A stretch of 44,339 nucleotides of DNA from Acidobacteriota bacterium (GCA_003222815.1 QHXC01000384.1:1-44339), one strand, 5' to 3'; positions 1-10,273 are shown, counted from the stretch's first letter. The notes: generated by a model from the sequence alone, not told the origin. A program made the numbers and translations.

Positions 1-118
1 GGAATTTTTGCGCCAGATCCTTCAGGTAATTCATCTCCGCCTGGCTGAGCCGGGAATCGGCCCATGCTGCGGCAATCAGCACTTTCAGCAGAGCGAGGGC
101 GGTGGCATGTGTGGCCAT
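1..118 (-). CDS. TerB-like domain protein, N-terminal part only (continues past the left edge)
   Basis: Hand translation of the minus strand from the ATG (complement of 116-118) gives MATHATALALLKVLIAAAWADSRLSQAEMNYLKDLAQKF and stays open to the window edge. The AAWADxxLxxxExxxL pattern is typical of TerB-type domains. Confidence 0.4.
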   Translation of the reverse strand, partial: MATHATALALLKVLIAAAWADSRLSQAEMNYLKDLAQKF

Positions 119-151
119 GTTAAACAATTCTAACTGTTTCGACGTATAGTA

Positions 152-1312
152 ATGGTCCTCGATATGAAATTTCTTCCGCTCATTCTCAGGAATGCCTTGC
201 GCAACCGCCGGCGCACGATACTTACGATCCTCAGCATCAGCATGTCGTTATTCCTGATCAGCACACTGCGCACGGTTCTAGAGGCGTTGGAAAGTCCACC
301 GTTGACGGCGGATTCCGCGACGAGGGTGCTCACGCGGCATCAGACGTCTCTGGCGAACACAATGCCGATTGCCTATCGTGACAGGATTCGACAAATGCCA
401 GGCGTCAAGGAAGTCAGCGCCTACCAGTGGGTAGGCGGCATCTACAAAGACCCAGCGAATTTTTTTGCGCAGTTCGCCGTCGATGCCGACCGGATTTTCG
501 ATATATACACGGATATCAACCCTCTTGCACCCGAGCAAAAAGAAGCCTTCATGAAGGAGCGAACCGCCGCGCTCGCGGGAGTCAGTCTGGCGAAACGTTA
601 CGGTTGGAACATTGGTGACAGGATTACATTGCAGGGCACGTTTTTCCCGCGCGACATTGAGTTGGTCATCTGCGGGTTCGTAAAGGATGGAGGCAGCGAA
701 AACCTCCTTTTGCTACGTTACGATTACCTGAATGAATTATGGGGAAACTTTAATGGCGCTTCCACATTCGCCATTAAAGCTCGATCGACAGAAGAAATTC
801 CCGCCGTGATCGACACCGTCGACAGCACGTTCATGAGCAGCACTGCGCCCACGAAGAGCGAAACCGAAAAGGCATTTGTGCTCGGTTTCATGTCGATGTG
901 GGGAAATGTCCGCACTCTGGTCGTCAGCGTTTCGACGGTGCTGACATTCACGATCATATTGGTTGCAGCAAACACCATGGCGATGTCGATCCGCGAGCGG
1001 ACTGGAGAGATCGCGATTTTGAGGACACTAGGCTTTTCACCGGCCCACGTGCTGGCAATGTTGATTTCCGAGTCGACTTTGATCGCGTTGGCAGGCGGCC
1101 TGTTGGGAGCGCTTGGCGCGCGATATCTTTTCGCAGAGATGGACCTGAATGCCATGACGATGGGCTTCCTTCAGGTTCTTGACGTGACGTGGGGAACGAT
1201 CTTGCTGGCAGCCGGTGTTTCGCTGGTTGTCGCTTTTGCGAGTACGTTTGTGCCTGCCTGGACCGCATCGAGGCTGGCCATCGCGGATGCGATGCGCCGT
1301 AGAGGGGAATAG
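152..1312 (+). CDS. ABC transporter permease, FtsX/MacB type
   Basis: 386-aa ORF with an N-terminal TM (TILTILSISMSLFLISTL), a large extracytoplasmic domain and three C-terminal TMs after RERTGEIAILRTLGFS. It is the first of two paralogous permeases next to MFP and ATPase genes. Confidence 0.85.
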   Translation: MVLDMKFLPLILRNALRNRRRTILTILSISMSLFLISTLRTVLEALESPPLTADSATRVLTRHQTSLANTMPIAYRDRIRQMPGVKEVSAYQWVGGIYKDPANFFAQFAVDADRIFDIYTDINPLAPEQKEAFMKERTAALAGVSLAKRYGWNIGDRITLQGTFFPRDIELVICGFVKDGGSENLLLLRYDYLNELWGNFNGASTFAIKARSTEEIPAVIDTVDSTFMSSTAPTKSETEKAFVLGFMSMWGNVRTLVVSVSTVLTFTIILVAANTMAMSIRERTGEIAILRTLGFSPAHVLAMLISESTLIALAGGLLGALGARYLFAEMDLNAMTMGFLQVLDVTWGTILLAAGVSLVVAFASTFVPAWTASRLAIADAMRRRGE

Positions 1313-1399
1313 CGGTGGGGTGTGGCCAAAAGCGAAATCGTTCATTGGTTCATTGACCATTTGTCCTTTATTGGGCCGGTGGGCCCCGACGCTAAGAAG

Positions 1400-2539
1400 A
1401 TGATTCCGATCAGATACAACCTCCGCAGCCTCATCGTCCGGCATGTCGGCACAATCATGACTGTGCTGGGCGTAGCCCTCACAGTGGCGGTGTTCGTGTC
1501 CGTCCTGGCGATGGTAAGGGGACTTGAGAGTACGTTTGTCGACTCTGGCGAGCCATTGAACTTGATTCTGATCCGGCAATCATCTCAGGCGGAGACCAAC
1601 AGCTTTTTTGACCGCGACATCAAGCCTACCGTTGAAACCACAGAAGGTGTCACAACGGTTGCCGGCGAAATCATTGTGCTGATCAATCAGCCGAGGCTTA
1701 CTGGAGAGACAGCGAACGTTATTGTTCGGGGGGTTTCGGACAAGTCGCTGGAGCTCCGGCCGCGTGTAAAGTTGGTCGAAGGACGCATGTTCCGGCCAGG
1801 ACTGCGCGAAGTCGCTGTCAGCCGCTCGATCGCGAACCGGTTTAAGGATGCAAAGCTTGGCGACAATATCAAAATCGGCAGATCCATGTGGAATGTCGTT
1901 GGAATTCTCGACGCGGCGCATACAGCATACGACTCCGAGATCTGGGGCGACTACAACGAGATCTCAGGCGAATTTGAGCGGCCGATCTACAGCTCCCTAC
2001 TGGTCCGATGCGCGGACGAAGCCTCGCTTGTTGCGGTCCGCGATAAACTCGCAAACGACCGCAAAATCCGGCTCGACGTCTTTCGACAGAGAGAATATTT
2101 CGAGGCCCAGACCGGAAGTGCGTCGCCAATCAAGGTTCTTGGGTATCTCATTGCCGCGATCATGGCTGTTGGCTCATCTTTCGCGGTGATGAACACGATG
2201 TATGCCGCGACGGCGTATCGTACTCGCGAGATTGCGACCCTGCGAGTGCTGGGTTTCAAAAGGCGCAACATTCTGTTTTCATTTATGCTCGAATCGCTGC
2301 TCCTGGCGCTCGTTGGCGGTGTCCTGGGCTGTCTGCTTGCGCTGCCCGTGAACGGAATATCGACCGGGACTTTTAACATGAATACTTTTTCGGAGATCGC
2401 CTTCGATTTCAGGGTTACGCCCCGGCTCATGCTCGAGGGAATAATATTTGCCGCCGTGATGGGGACGCTGGGCGGGTTTCTGCCGGCCCGATTGGCCGCG
2501 CGCCTGACAATCGTCCGCGCGCTGCGGACGGAGGTTTAG
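1400..2539 (+). CDS. ABC transporter permease, FtsX/MacB type (second paralog)
   Basis: Same architecture as the upstream permease (TREIATLRVLGFKRRNI, then three C-terminal TMs). I prefer the ATG at 1400 (MIPIRYNLRSLIV...) over the GTG at 1322 used by the ORF track; the start is uncertain. Confidence 0.85.
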   Translation: MIPIRYNLRSLIVRHVGTIMTVLGVALTVAVFVSVLAMVRGLESTFVDSGEPLNLILIRQSSQAETNSFFDRDIKPTVETTEGVTTVAGEIIVLINQPRLTGETANVIVRGVSDKSLELRPRVKLVEGRMFRPGLREVAVSRSIANRFKDAKLGDNIKIGRSMWNVVGILDAAHTAYDSEIWGDYNEISGEFERPIYSSLLVRCADEASLVAVRDKLANDRKIRLDVFRQREYFEAQTGSASPIKVLGYLIAAIMAVGSSFAVMNTMYAATAYRTREIATLRVLGFKRRNILFSFMLESLLLALVGGVLGCLLALPVNGISTGTFNMNTFSEIAFDFRVTPRLMLEGIIFAAVMGTLGGFLPARLAARLTIVRALRTEV

Positions 2540-2562
2540 CGCGGCAAGAGTTAAAGTCGCAC

Positions 2563-3915
2563 ATGGACAATCTTTCAAGCGAGCTGAAGAAACTAAAAAT
2601 CGATAAGACCAAGCGTGCAGAGCCGGGTCCGCGAAGAAATATTGGCCTTTTCATCGTAATGCTTGTCCTCGTTGCCGGCGGCTTACCGGCCCTGGTCATG
2701 CTGCGCCGGCCGAGTGCCGCCTCCGTTGTCGACACGGTGCGGCCGCGCGCCGAATTCTCCTCGCAGTCCGCGGTTCTGGTCGCGACAGGCTACGTTGTTG
2801 CCCATCACAAGATTCAGGTCGGGTCCAAGGTCGCAGGCCGTGTCGCGTGGATCGGCGTGGAGAAGGGCGATCGTATTCGGCGGGATCAGTTGGTGGTCCG
2901 TCTTGAAGACCGCGAATACCGTGCCCAGCTCGATCAGGCTCAATCGGCCTACGACGCCGCACGGGCACGCCTGGCCGAGTTGGAGCGCGGCTCGCGCCCT
3001 GAGGAGATCGAGCGGGCCAAAGCGGATGTGGAACGCGCGCAGGCGGAACTGCGCACGGATGAATTACAGTTGCGGCGCATCGAAGGGCTCGTGAAGGAAG
3101 GCGTCGCGTCCGCGCAAACGCTCGACGAAGCCAAGGGCCGTTATGATAGCGCCCGCGCGAACCTTGCCGCATTAACGAAAACATACGAACTTATCCGGCA
3201 AGGCCCACGTCAGGAGCAGATTGACAACGCCCGATCCGAGACCGGGCGAGCGAAAGCCGCCATGGATTATGCGAAGACCATACTCGATGCCACGGAAATT
3301 CGGGCGCCGCGCGATGGCACGATTCTCGAGCGCAACGTTGAACAGGGCGAGATGGTAACGACGTCCTTCGTCGGCGATCGCGGCGCAAAGTCCTTCGTCG
3401 TGACGCTGGCGGACCTCCATGACATCCAGGTCGAACTCGATATCAATCAAAACGACTTCAATCGTATCCGGCCGAATCAGTCATGCACGGTTCTGACGGA
3501 TGCGTTTCCGGACCGCGTGTATAACTGCCGAGTCGACGAGATAGCGCCGGAAGCCAATCGCCAAAAGGCGACCGTTCAGGTTAAGGTGAAGTTTACCGAG
3601 CCCGACGAATATATCCGGCCGGAAATGAATGCTCGAGTGACATTCCTGGAGTCTGAAGACAAATCAAGGGGGGTAAACGCGGAGGAGAAACTCTACGTTG
3701 TGCCGAAGCGGGCGCTCCTGGACCGGGAATCGGGGAAAGCCGTCTTCGTTGTTGCGGATGGCAAGGTCCAGGTCAAACCGATCACGATTCGAAAGGAAGT
3801 TGGTAGCGATGTGTTCATTTCCGCGGGACTTGTGGGGACGGAAGCAATCATCGTCGGTGAGCAATTAAGTCAACTGAAGGCCGGCGATCGTGTGGAAGTG
3901 AAGCAATCAAGGTAG
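2563..3915 (+). CDS. Efflux transporter periplasmic adaptor (HlyD/MacA-type membrane fusion protein)
   Basis: 450 aa with an N-terminal TM anchor ([21 protein letters not shown]), a long coiled-coil hairpin ([24 protein letters not shown]...[19 protein letters not shown]) and C-terminal beta domains. It lies between the permease and ATPase genes. Confidence 0.85.
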   Translation: MDNLSSELKKLKIDKTKRAEPGPRRNIGLFIVMLVLVAGGLPALVMLRRPSAASVVDTVRPRAEFSSQSAVLVATGYVVAHHKIQVGSKVAGRVAWIGVEKGDRIRRDQLVVRLEDREYRAQLDQAQSAYDAARARLAELERGSRPEEIERAKADVERAQAELRTDELQLRRIEGLVKEGVASAQTLDEAKGRYDSARANLAALTKTYELIRQGPRQEQIDNARSETGRAKAAMDYAKTILDATEIRAPRDGTILERNVEQGEMVTTSFVGDRGAKSFVVTLADLHDIQVELDINQNDFNRIRPNQSCTVLTDAFPDRVYNCRVDEIAPEANRQKATVQVKVKFTEPDEYIRPEMNARVTFLESEDKSRGVNAEEKLYVVPKRALLDRESGKAVFVVADGKVQVKPITIRKEVGSDVFISAGLVGTEAIIVGEQLSQLKAGDRVEVKQSR

Positions 3916-3920
3916 CCGCA

Positions 3921-4598
3921 ATGAGTGCCGTTGACATTCGGAATGTGACCAAGACCTTCAAAAAGGAGGCGGCCGAAATCGTCGCGCTTTGCGACACCAA
4001 TCTCGGTATCGGTTCCGGCGAATTCCTCTGCCTGATGGGCCCATCCGGCTCCGGAAAATCGACGCTGCTCAACCTGATTGCCGGTATAGACCGGCCGTCC
4101 AAAGGGCAGATCATGGTCGGCGGCACCGAGATTTCTCAAATGAGAGAAAGCCAACTCGCCGTTTGGCGGAATCACACGATCGGCTTCGTCTTTCAGACGT
4201 TTAACCTGATTCCGGTACTTACCGCGTTCGAAAATGTAGAATTACCGCTGCTGTTGACTAGGCTGTCCAAGGCCGAACGCCGGGAGCACGTCGAGACGGC
4301 ATTGTCGCTGGTGGGTTTGAAGGATCGCATGACGCATTATCCCCGCCAGCTTTCCGGCGGCCAGGAGCAGCGGGTTGCGATTGCTCGCGCAATCGTTACC
4401 GATCCGGCCTTGATTCTCGCCGACGAACCCACCGGGGACCTCGACGCACAATCGGCCGACGAAATCCTGGCAATTCTAGAGTCACTTAATAGAGAATCCC
4501 AAAAGACCGTGATTATGGTCACACACGATCCCCGCGCTGCGCGTCATGCCACGGTCATTCGACATCTTGACAAAGGGGTTCTGTTGCCGGAACGATGA
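3921..4598 (+). CDS. ABC transporter ATP-binding protein (MacB/LolD-like)
   Basis: Walker [11 protein letters not shown]-loop, ABC signature LSGGQEQR, Walker [13 protein letters not shown] and H-loop VTHD are all present. Confidence 0.95.
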   Translation: MSAVDIRNVTKTFKKEAAEIVALCDTNLGIGSGEFLCLMGPSGSGKSTLLNLIAGIDRPSKGQIMVGGTEISQMRESQLAVWRNHTIGFVFQTFNLIPVLTAFENVELPLLLTRLSKAERREHVETALSLVGLKDRMTHYPRQLSGGQEQRVAIARAIVTDPALILADEPTGDLDAQSADEILAILESLNRESQKTVIMVTHDPRAARHATVIRHLDKGVLLPER

Positions 4599-5590
4599 CA
4601 GTCGCGGCCCAGTCGGGCTCGCAGAAGCTTGGCGTTGTTAATGGTGAGGTCGTTTCTGAGGAGGAAGTGAGGGAGGCGGCAGCGCACGATCTGGGAGAAC
4701 TGGAGGTGAAAAGGCTGCAGGCCGAAGCCAAGTACCAGCAAGACAAGCACGACATCCTGCAGAAGACGCTCGACGGGCTGATCGAGGACAAGCTGCTCCA
4801 GGCGGAAGCGGAAAAACGCAAGGTCTCGTTGGAAGAGTTGGTTGACACCGAGATCGAGAAGAACGTGAAATCTCCGACCGATGCTGAAGTCGAAAAGGTC
4901 TACGAGCAAAACAAGGCACGTATTCCGGTCAGCCGTGAACAGGCGCTTCCGCAGGTCCGGGCATACCTGGTGGACTTGAGCAGAAATGAAGTTCGCGAAG
5001 TGTTTGTCAGCAAGCTGAAGAAGGACTATAGCGTGACGTCCTACCTGGAGCCGATTCGGCTCGAGATTCCCACGACAGGGTTTCCTTCTCGTGGACCAGC
5101 GGCCGCTCCGGTCACGATCGTGGAATTTTCAGATTTCGAGTGTCCGTTCTGTGGCGGCTTGTTCCCGACACTCAAGGAAGTCGAGAAAGCCTATGGTGAC
5201 AAGGTGCGTATCGTCTTTCGGCAATTTCCATTAACGGCCATCCATCCGCATGCCCAGAAGGCCGCGGAAGCTTCTTTGTGCGCCAATGAGCAGCAGCATT
5301 TTTGGGAATTCCACGATTCATTGTTTGGCAATCAGCGCGAGCTCACCGTCGATGCTCTAAAAAGGCGGGCTCAGGATATGAAGCTGGATACCGCCGCTTT
5401 CAATGCCTGCCTCGATTCCAGCAAGACTGCGGATGCCATAACAAAGGACATCACCGAAGGAGCCCGGGCTGGCGTCACAGGAACGCCGGCCATGTTTATC
5501 AATGGCCGGTTGCTTTCCGGCAACCAACCTTACGCCGGTATCGCGGAACTGATCGAAGACGAATTGCAGCGAAGCAGGGCCAGCAAGTAG
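4595..5590 (+). CDS. DsbA-family thioredoxin-fold protein with an N-terminal helical (SurA-N-like) region
   Basis: CPFC active site in [10 protein letters not shown] with a thioredoxin/DsbA-like C-terminal half. The ATG overlaps the ATPase stop (ATGA). No signal peptide or TM is visible after this start, and the frame opens only at 4571. Confidence 0.75.
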   Translation: MTVAAQSGSQKLGVVNGEVVSEEEVREAAAHDLGELEVKRLQAEAKYQQDKHDILQKTLDGLIEDKLLQAEAEKRKVSLEELVDTEIEKNVKSPTDAEVEKVYEQNKARIPVSREQALPQVRAYLVDLSRNEVREVFVSKLKKDYSVTSYLEPIRLEIPTTGFPSRGPAAAPVTIVEFSDFECPFCGGLFPTLKEVEKAYGDKVRIVFRQFPLTAIHPHAQKAAEASLCANEQQHFWEFHDSLFGNQRELTVDALKRRAQDMKLDTAAFNACLDSSKTADAITKDITEGARAGVTGTPAMFINGRLLSGNQPYAGIAELIEDELQRSRASK

Positions 5591-5613
5591 AATTTTCTCC
5601 CCTTTCCCGGTGG

Positions 5614-5646
5614 GCGTGGGGGTGCATCGCCACGCAACCCCCACGC
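5614..5646. other. Intergenic hairpin (9-bp stem GCGTGGGGG / CCCCCACGC, 15-nt loop)
   Basis: Read directly: gcgtggggg tgcatcgccacgcaa cccccacgc, downstream of the DsbA-like gene. There is no T-tract, so it is not a canonical terminator. Confidence 0.4.
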
Positions 5647-5727
5647 TGCCAATCACCTGCCACGAGCCTCCAGCGGTCCGCCGATTGCACTTTAGGCCAT
5701 CCGATCCCAATTCGAAGGAGTTGGCCT

Positions 5728-5901
5728 ATGGCAATCGACCCAGTGTGTGGCAGGGAAGTCGACGAGGACAGCGCGACAGACAAGGCTACACATCGGGGAG
5801 AGAACCATTACTTCTACAAAGGGCAGACGTACTACTTCTGCAGCAAAGATTGCAAAGACAAATTCCAGACCGACCCTGAGAAGTACATACGTAGGCTGTG
5901 A
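5728..5901 (+). CDS. YHS/TRASH-type metal-binding domain protein (57 aa)
   Basis: MAIDPVCGREVDE...HYFYKGQTYYFCSKDCKDKFQTDPEKY is the classic YHS pattern. An AAGGAG Shine-Dalgarno sits at 5715-5720, 7 nt before the ATG. The longer track ORF from 5302 overlaps the DsbA-like gene and is not credible. Confidence 0.7.
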   Translation: MAIDPVCGREVDEDSATDKATHRGENHYFYKGQTYYFCSKDCKDKFQTDPEKYIRRL

Positions 5902-5938
5902 AAGGAAAACGTAAAAAACGAAATTCCCTCGAGGGGTT

Positions 5939-6469
5939 ATGCAAAAAACCTTGTACTGCCTCGCTTCTTCAGAGCCGCAGGCGAACGACATCCTGACACA
6001 TCTCCGGAAATCAGGGTTTTCCCCGTCGGAGCTCTCTGTGCTGTTGTATCCAAAGGAACTTAAAGACATTTCGATGGAAGGAAATGCGGTTCGTGGAACG
6101 GAAACGGGAGGACTGGTGGGCGGTGCGCGGGGCCCACTTGCCGCTTTAACGTGGTTTTTGGTGCCGGTGGTTGGGCCATTTGTCGCGTCGGGTTGGTTTG
6201 TAGCGGCGCTTGGAGGCGCTGCGATTGGAGAGGCCGTGGGTGGACTTACCGGTGGAATCCGCAACTTGACGCTTATGGGAATTCCCGAAAACGCAATTCC
6301 GCGGCTGCGTGACCGGCTGTACCAAGGCGCCATCCTGATCGCCGTTCATTCCGCCGATCCGGCAAGGCGCGGCAGAGTTCTCCGCGTGTTGAAATCATCT
6401 GGGGTCGAGTATTCGCCGGAAGATATGGCTGCTGAGGCCTTTACCGTTTCAAATTCGCGGCCCAGTTGA
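5939..6469 (+). CDS. Hypothetical membrane protein with a glycine-zipper TM hairpin flanked by two small soluble domains
   Basis: 176 aa. The centre, GGLVGGARGPLAALTWFLVPVVGPFVASGWFVAALGGAAIGEAVGGLTGG, is glycine-zipper-like. It lies 37 nt downstream of the YHS gene on the same strand. I cannot assign a family with confidence. Confidence 0.5.
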   Translation: MQKTLYCLASSEPQANDILTHLRKSGFSPSELSVLLYPKELKDISMEGNAVRGTETGGLVGGARGPLAALTWFLVPVVGPFVASGWFVAALGGAAIGEAVGGLTGGIRNLTLMGIPENAIPRLRDRLYQGAILIAVHSADPARRGRVLRVLKSSGVEYSPEDMAAEAFTVSNSRPS

Positions 6470-6528
6470 GGACGACCGTAATCGGAGGAGTTGGAACTTT
6501 CGTTAGAATACCCTCGGTGTGACCGGCT

Positions 6529-8145
6529 CTATGGCGCTAGCTGTGGGGCGACGTAAGCGTAGAACATGACGACCAGGCCAATCATCAGCGTAAGAAAGAT
6601 GCTGTGCTTTAGAGTAAATCCAAACAACCGGCCTTCGTCTTCCCGCTTCATGGAGGTAGCGGCCGCCGCTACCGCGATGCTCGTCAGGCTGATCATCTTT
6701 CCCATCACTCCGCCAGCGGAATTTCCGGACGCCATCAGCACGGGGTTCATTCCCAGCTTGGTGGCCGTTACCTGTTGGAGCGTCCCGAAGAGAGCATTGG
6801 CCGACGTATCGCTTCCCGTAAGGAAGACACCTAAGGAGCCGAGCACCGCACTGAATAGCGGAAAAAGCACTCCGGTGGCGGCGAAAGCGAGACCTAAGGT
6901 TACGGTCGCTCCCGAGTAATTCATGACGAAGGCCAGAGCCAAAACGGCCGCGAGCGTGAGTTCTGCGAGCGCCAGTTGTTTCGCGGTGTGTTTGAAAGCC
7001 CCGGCGAATTGGGCCGGCTTCAGGCCAACAACAGCTGCGCCAAGGATGGCTGCAAACAAGCACGCGGTCCCTGGAGCCGAAAGCCAATTGAAGTTGAATA
7101 CAGCGGCGTATCCGGAAGGCTGCGCGACCACAGGCGGCATCCGCTGAACGAGGTTATGCAGGCCGGGCCAGTTAACGACCACGTTCACCGAGTTCAATTG
7201 TGCCTGTATAGGTCTGTATCCCCACAGGAGAACCAACACCACCAGAAGCATATACGGCGCCCAGGCAAGCGCGACGTTGCCTTTACCGTGACGGACCTTA
7301 CTGGGGGGCAAGTGCCCGAAATCGAATTTATCGCGTGGCTTCCACACCCGGAAAAGAACGATGAGCGCACCGATAGCGGCCATCGATGCCAGGATGTCGG
7401 TGAGCAGCGGGCCGATGAAATTCGAGACGGCGAACTGCGTGCCGGCAAATGCGATCCCACAAACAGCCGCCGCCGGCAAGACTCCGCGCAGGCCGCTCCA
7501 GCCGCACATGACAGCGATCATATAAGCGGGAATGAACAGCGAAACCGGAGCACAGATGCGGCCGACGCCCGCGCTTAAACGTTCTAAGGGCAGTCCAGTT
7601 GTAACTGCCAGAGTCGTGATCGGTGTTGCAATGGATCCGAACGCCACGGGCGCGGTGTTGGCCAGCAAACACACGGCTGCAGCCAAAAATGGCGAAAATC
7701 CCAGGCCGGTGAGCATGGTGGCGGCAACTGCCACGGGCGTTCCAAACCCGGCACAGCCTTCAATGAACGCGCCGAAAGCAAAGGCGATGAGCATCATCTG
7801 TAGGCGGCCGTCGTCGGTTAGGTGGCCGATGGAATCTTTTAAGACATTGAACTTCCCGCTCTCCAGCGTTACGCGATATAGCAGAATCGCCGAGAACACC
7901 ACCCATCCGATGGGAAAAAGTCCAAAGGCCGCGCCATACAATACGGAGGAGAACAGCAGAGCCAACGGCATTCGATAGACCGCTACGGCGAGTACTACCG
8001 TTGCCCCCAGGCCTGCGAGAGAGGCTATCCAGGCGGGTTTGCGCCGGATGCCGATTAAGAACAGCAAGACGAAAATCGGGACCGCTGCTACCAATGCCGA
8101 TAACGCCAGGCTATTCGCGATAGGAGTATAGTTTTGCTGCCACAT
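6529..8145 (-). CDS. lctP: L-lactate permease (LctP/LldP family)
   Basis: A polytopic membrane protein beginning MWQQNYTPIANSLALSALVAAVPIFVLLFLIG, which is the typical LctP N-terminus. I prefer the ATG at 8145 over the TTG at 8220 used in the track. Confidence 0.9.
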   Translation of the reverse strand: MWQQNYTPIANSLALSALVAAVPIFVLLFLIGIRRKPAWIASLAGLGATVVLAVAVYRMPLALLFSSVLYGAAFGLFPIGWVVFSAILLYRVTLESGKFNVLKDSIGHLTDDGRLQMMLIAFAFGAFIEGCAGFGTPVAVAATMLTGLGFSPFLAAAVCLLANTAPVAFGSIATPITTLAVTTGLPLERLSAGVGRICAPVSLFIPAYMIAVMCGWSGLRGVLPAAAVCGIAFAGTQFAVSNFIGPLLTDILASMAAIGALIVLFRVWKPRDKFDFGHLPPSKVRHGKGNVALAWAPYMLLVVLVLLWGYRPIQAQLNSVNVVVNWPGLHNLVQRMPPVVAQPSGYAAVFNFNWLSAPGTACLFAAILGAAVVGLKPAQFAGAFKHTAKQLALAELTLAAVLALAFVMNYSGATVTLGLAFAATGVLFPLFSAVLGSLGVFLTGSDTSANALFGTLQQVTATKLGMNPVLMASGNSAGGVMGKMISLTSIAVAAAATSMKREDEGRLFGFTLKHSIFLTLMIGLVVMFYAYVAPQLAP

Positions 8146-8254
8146 GGATCTTATTAGCCTTTCCACTCCAGCGGAGTCTTCTTGGCGGGGAACAATACTT
8201 GGACCTGCTACGCTAGGCAAGAGGAAAGTTCAAGACTGATATCGCGAAGGTTAC

Positions 8255-8407
8255 ATGATTCGCAAACTTCAATCCGGCGAATATCGTTTGTACTCGCGCA
8301 AGAAGGATCCCAAAACGGGTAAGCGGCGGAATCTTGGAACGTTCAAAACACGCCAAGCCGCGGAAAAGCACGAGCGCGCCATCCAGTTTTTCAAGCGGCG
8401 ATCATGA
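8255..8407 (+). CDS. Small basic protein (50 aa), uncharacterised
   Basis: Hand translation gives [50 protein letters not shown]. Its TGA overlaps the ATG of the DUF488 gene (ATGA at 8404-8407), implying translational coupling. At 50 aa it is shorter than the shortest ORFs listed in the supplied track (60 aa). Confidence 0.6.
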   Translation: MIRKLQSGEYRLYSRKKDPKTGKRRNLGTFKTRQAAEKHERAIQFFKRRS

Positions 8408-8931
8408 AACTTGACGCGTACTCAATGGGATTCTCGAACCGTACTTGGCAGGAGACGCTCGAGATTCTTAGCGCATTCGAAATACAACGGCTGGTGGACA
8501 TTCGCACGCTGCCGGGCTCGAAGCATACTCCCCAATTCAATCAGGAGCACCTTCGGAAAGCTCTCCCCAATGCCGGAGTCGAATACATTCACATGAAGAG
8601 TCTCGGCGGTCTGCGGAAGCCGCTGAAAAACTCAACCACCAATGCCGGGTGGCGAAACGATGCATTCCGCGGTTACGCCGATTACATGCAGACGCCCGAG
8701 TTCGAAACGGCGCTGAACGAGTTGATTTGCCTTTTGTCCCAGAGGACCACGGTGTACACATGCACGGAAGCCGTGTTCTGGCGGTGTCATCGCCAACTTG
8801 TATCGGATGCGCTGGCCGTTCGCGGATATTGTAGCGGACACATCTTCAATGCTTCGAAAGTTGAGCAGCACAAGTTGACTAATTTTGCGAAGACGGATGG
8901 GACACGGGTCACGTATCCTACTTTGTTATGA
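8404..8931 (+). CDS. DUF488 family protein
   Basis: 175 aa. The pattern [46 protein letters not shown]...[16 protein letters not shown] matches my memory of DUF488. It has 4-nt overlaps with both neighbours. Confidence 0.8.
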   Translation: MKLDAYSMGFSNRTWQETLEILSAFEIQRLVDIRTLPGSKHTPQFNQEHLRKALPNAGVEYIHMKSLGGLRKPLKNSTTNAGWRNDAFRGYADYMQTPEFETALNELICLLSQRTTVYTCTEAVFWRCHRQLVSDALAVRGYCSGHIFNASKVEQHKLTNFAKTDGTRVTYPTLL

Positions 8932-10201
8932 ACCTGACCTTTCTCGGCGCCACACAGACTGTCACGGGATCGAAATTTCTCCTCGAAAATAAAGACGTCC
9001 GAGTGCTCATTGACTGTGGTCTTTTCCAGGGCATGAAGGAGCTTCGACTTCGGAACTGGGAGGGGCCTCCGGTCGATCCAGCGTCTGTCGACATGATCAT
9101 CCTCACGCACGCGCACATCGACCATACGGGATATCTGCCGCGATTTGTGGCGCAAGGATTCAAGGGACCGGTTTATGCCACGCCCGCTACCGTTGACCTG
9201 GCGCGCATTCTTCTCCCGGATGCCGGTCACCTCCAGGAGGAAGAAGCGCGATATCGGAATAAGCATCAACTGTCGAAGCATAAGCCCGCGTTGCCGCTCT
9301 ATACGGTTGAGAATGCGGTGGCCGCGCTTGAATTGCTGCAGCCGGTGAAGTATGGACAGGTTGTCGCGCTCTCATCCACTTTGGGTTTTGAGTTGATGCC
9401 GGCCGGACATATCCTCGGCTCTTCCTTTGTCCGGGTTCGCGAAGGCGGGCCGCCGGCCGAGAAGACCGTGCTGTTTACCGGAGATATTGGGCGTTACGAT
9501 CAACCAATCATACGGCCAAGCGGGGAGGGACCATCTTAATTCCGTCATTTGCAATCGGCCGTGCTCAGGAGTTGCTGTACATCCTCCGCGAGCTCGAGGT
9601 GGAGAATCAGATTCCAGTTTTGCCCGTATATGTGGACAGCCCGATGGCCATCGATGCTTTTGAAATTTTTCGTAACCACAGGGAAGAACACGATCTCGAA
9701 ATGACGGAGCTGGAAAAAGCCGGTGGGAATCCGCTGTACTCCAAGCGGGTCTATTTCGCCAGAACAGTCGAAGACTCCAAAGCGATCAATGAACATCGAT
9801 TTCCTTCAATCATCATCTCGGCAAACGGAATGGCCACGGGAGGCCGTATTCTGCATCATTTAGTACAGCGGTTGCCGGATGAACGAAATTCGGTCATCTT
9901 CGTGGGATTCCAGGCGGCCGGCACGCGCGGCCGGCTACTCTCGGAGGGAGCGCGCCAGGTGCGGATCTTCGGCGTCGACTATCCGGTTCGGGCCGCCATT
10001 TACGTTATCGACAGCTTCTCCGCTCACGGAGACTACAGCGAGATCCTCCGCTGGCTACGCGGTTTCAAACAAGCGCCGCGAAAGACGTTTCTCGTCCATG
10101 GCGAGCCCAAAGCGGCCGAAGCGATGAAGGGCCACATCCAGGCAACATTCCAGACGTGGCAAGTGGAAGTTCCGACATATCTCCAGAGCTATGAGATTTG
10201 A
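8928..10201 (+). pseudogene. Beta-CASP metallo-beta-lactamase nuclease (RNA-metabolising MBL family), disrupted by an internal deletion plus frameshift
   Basis: The N-terminal part (8928-9539) carries [16 protein letters not shown] and FTGDIG. The C-terminal part, in another frame, reads [21 protein letters not shown]...DSFSAHGD...LVHGEP (the track ORF starts at 9572; homology is readable from about 9518). Only about 13 codons separate GDIG from GGTILIP, and the expected ESTYG-type segment is missing. Confidence 0.8.
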
Positions 10202-10273
10202 GCCGGAATGACGCCAACCCCGCGAACATTGCCGTGATTGGCGTCATTCGCGGCTAGCGTAGAATCTATTCTC

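Noticed and set aside
5302-5727. 5' extension of the YHS ORF (the track ORF starts at 5302)
   Set aside because: The extension overlaps the DsbA-like gene in another frame and is Arg-rich. A good SD and an ATG at 5728 define the real YHS mini-gene.
5692-6333. 213-aa minus-strand ORF
   Set aside because: It is antisense to the YHS gene and the glycine-zipper gene, has Pro/Ala/Ser-rich composition and matches no recognisable family.
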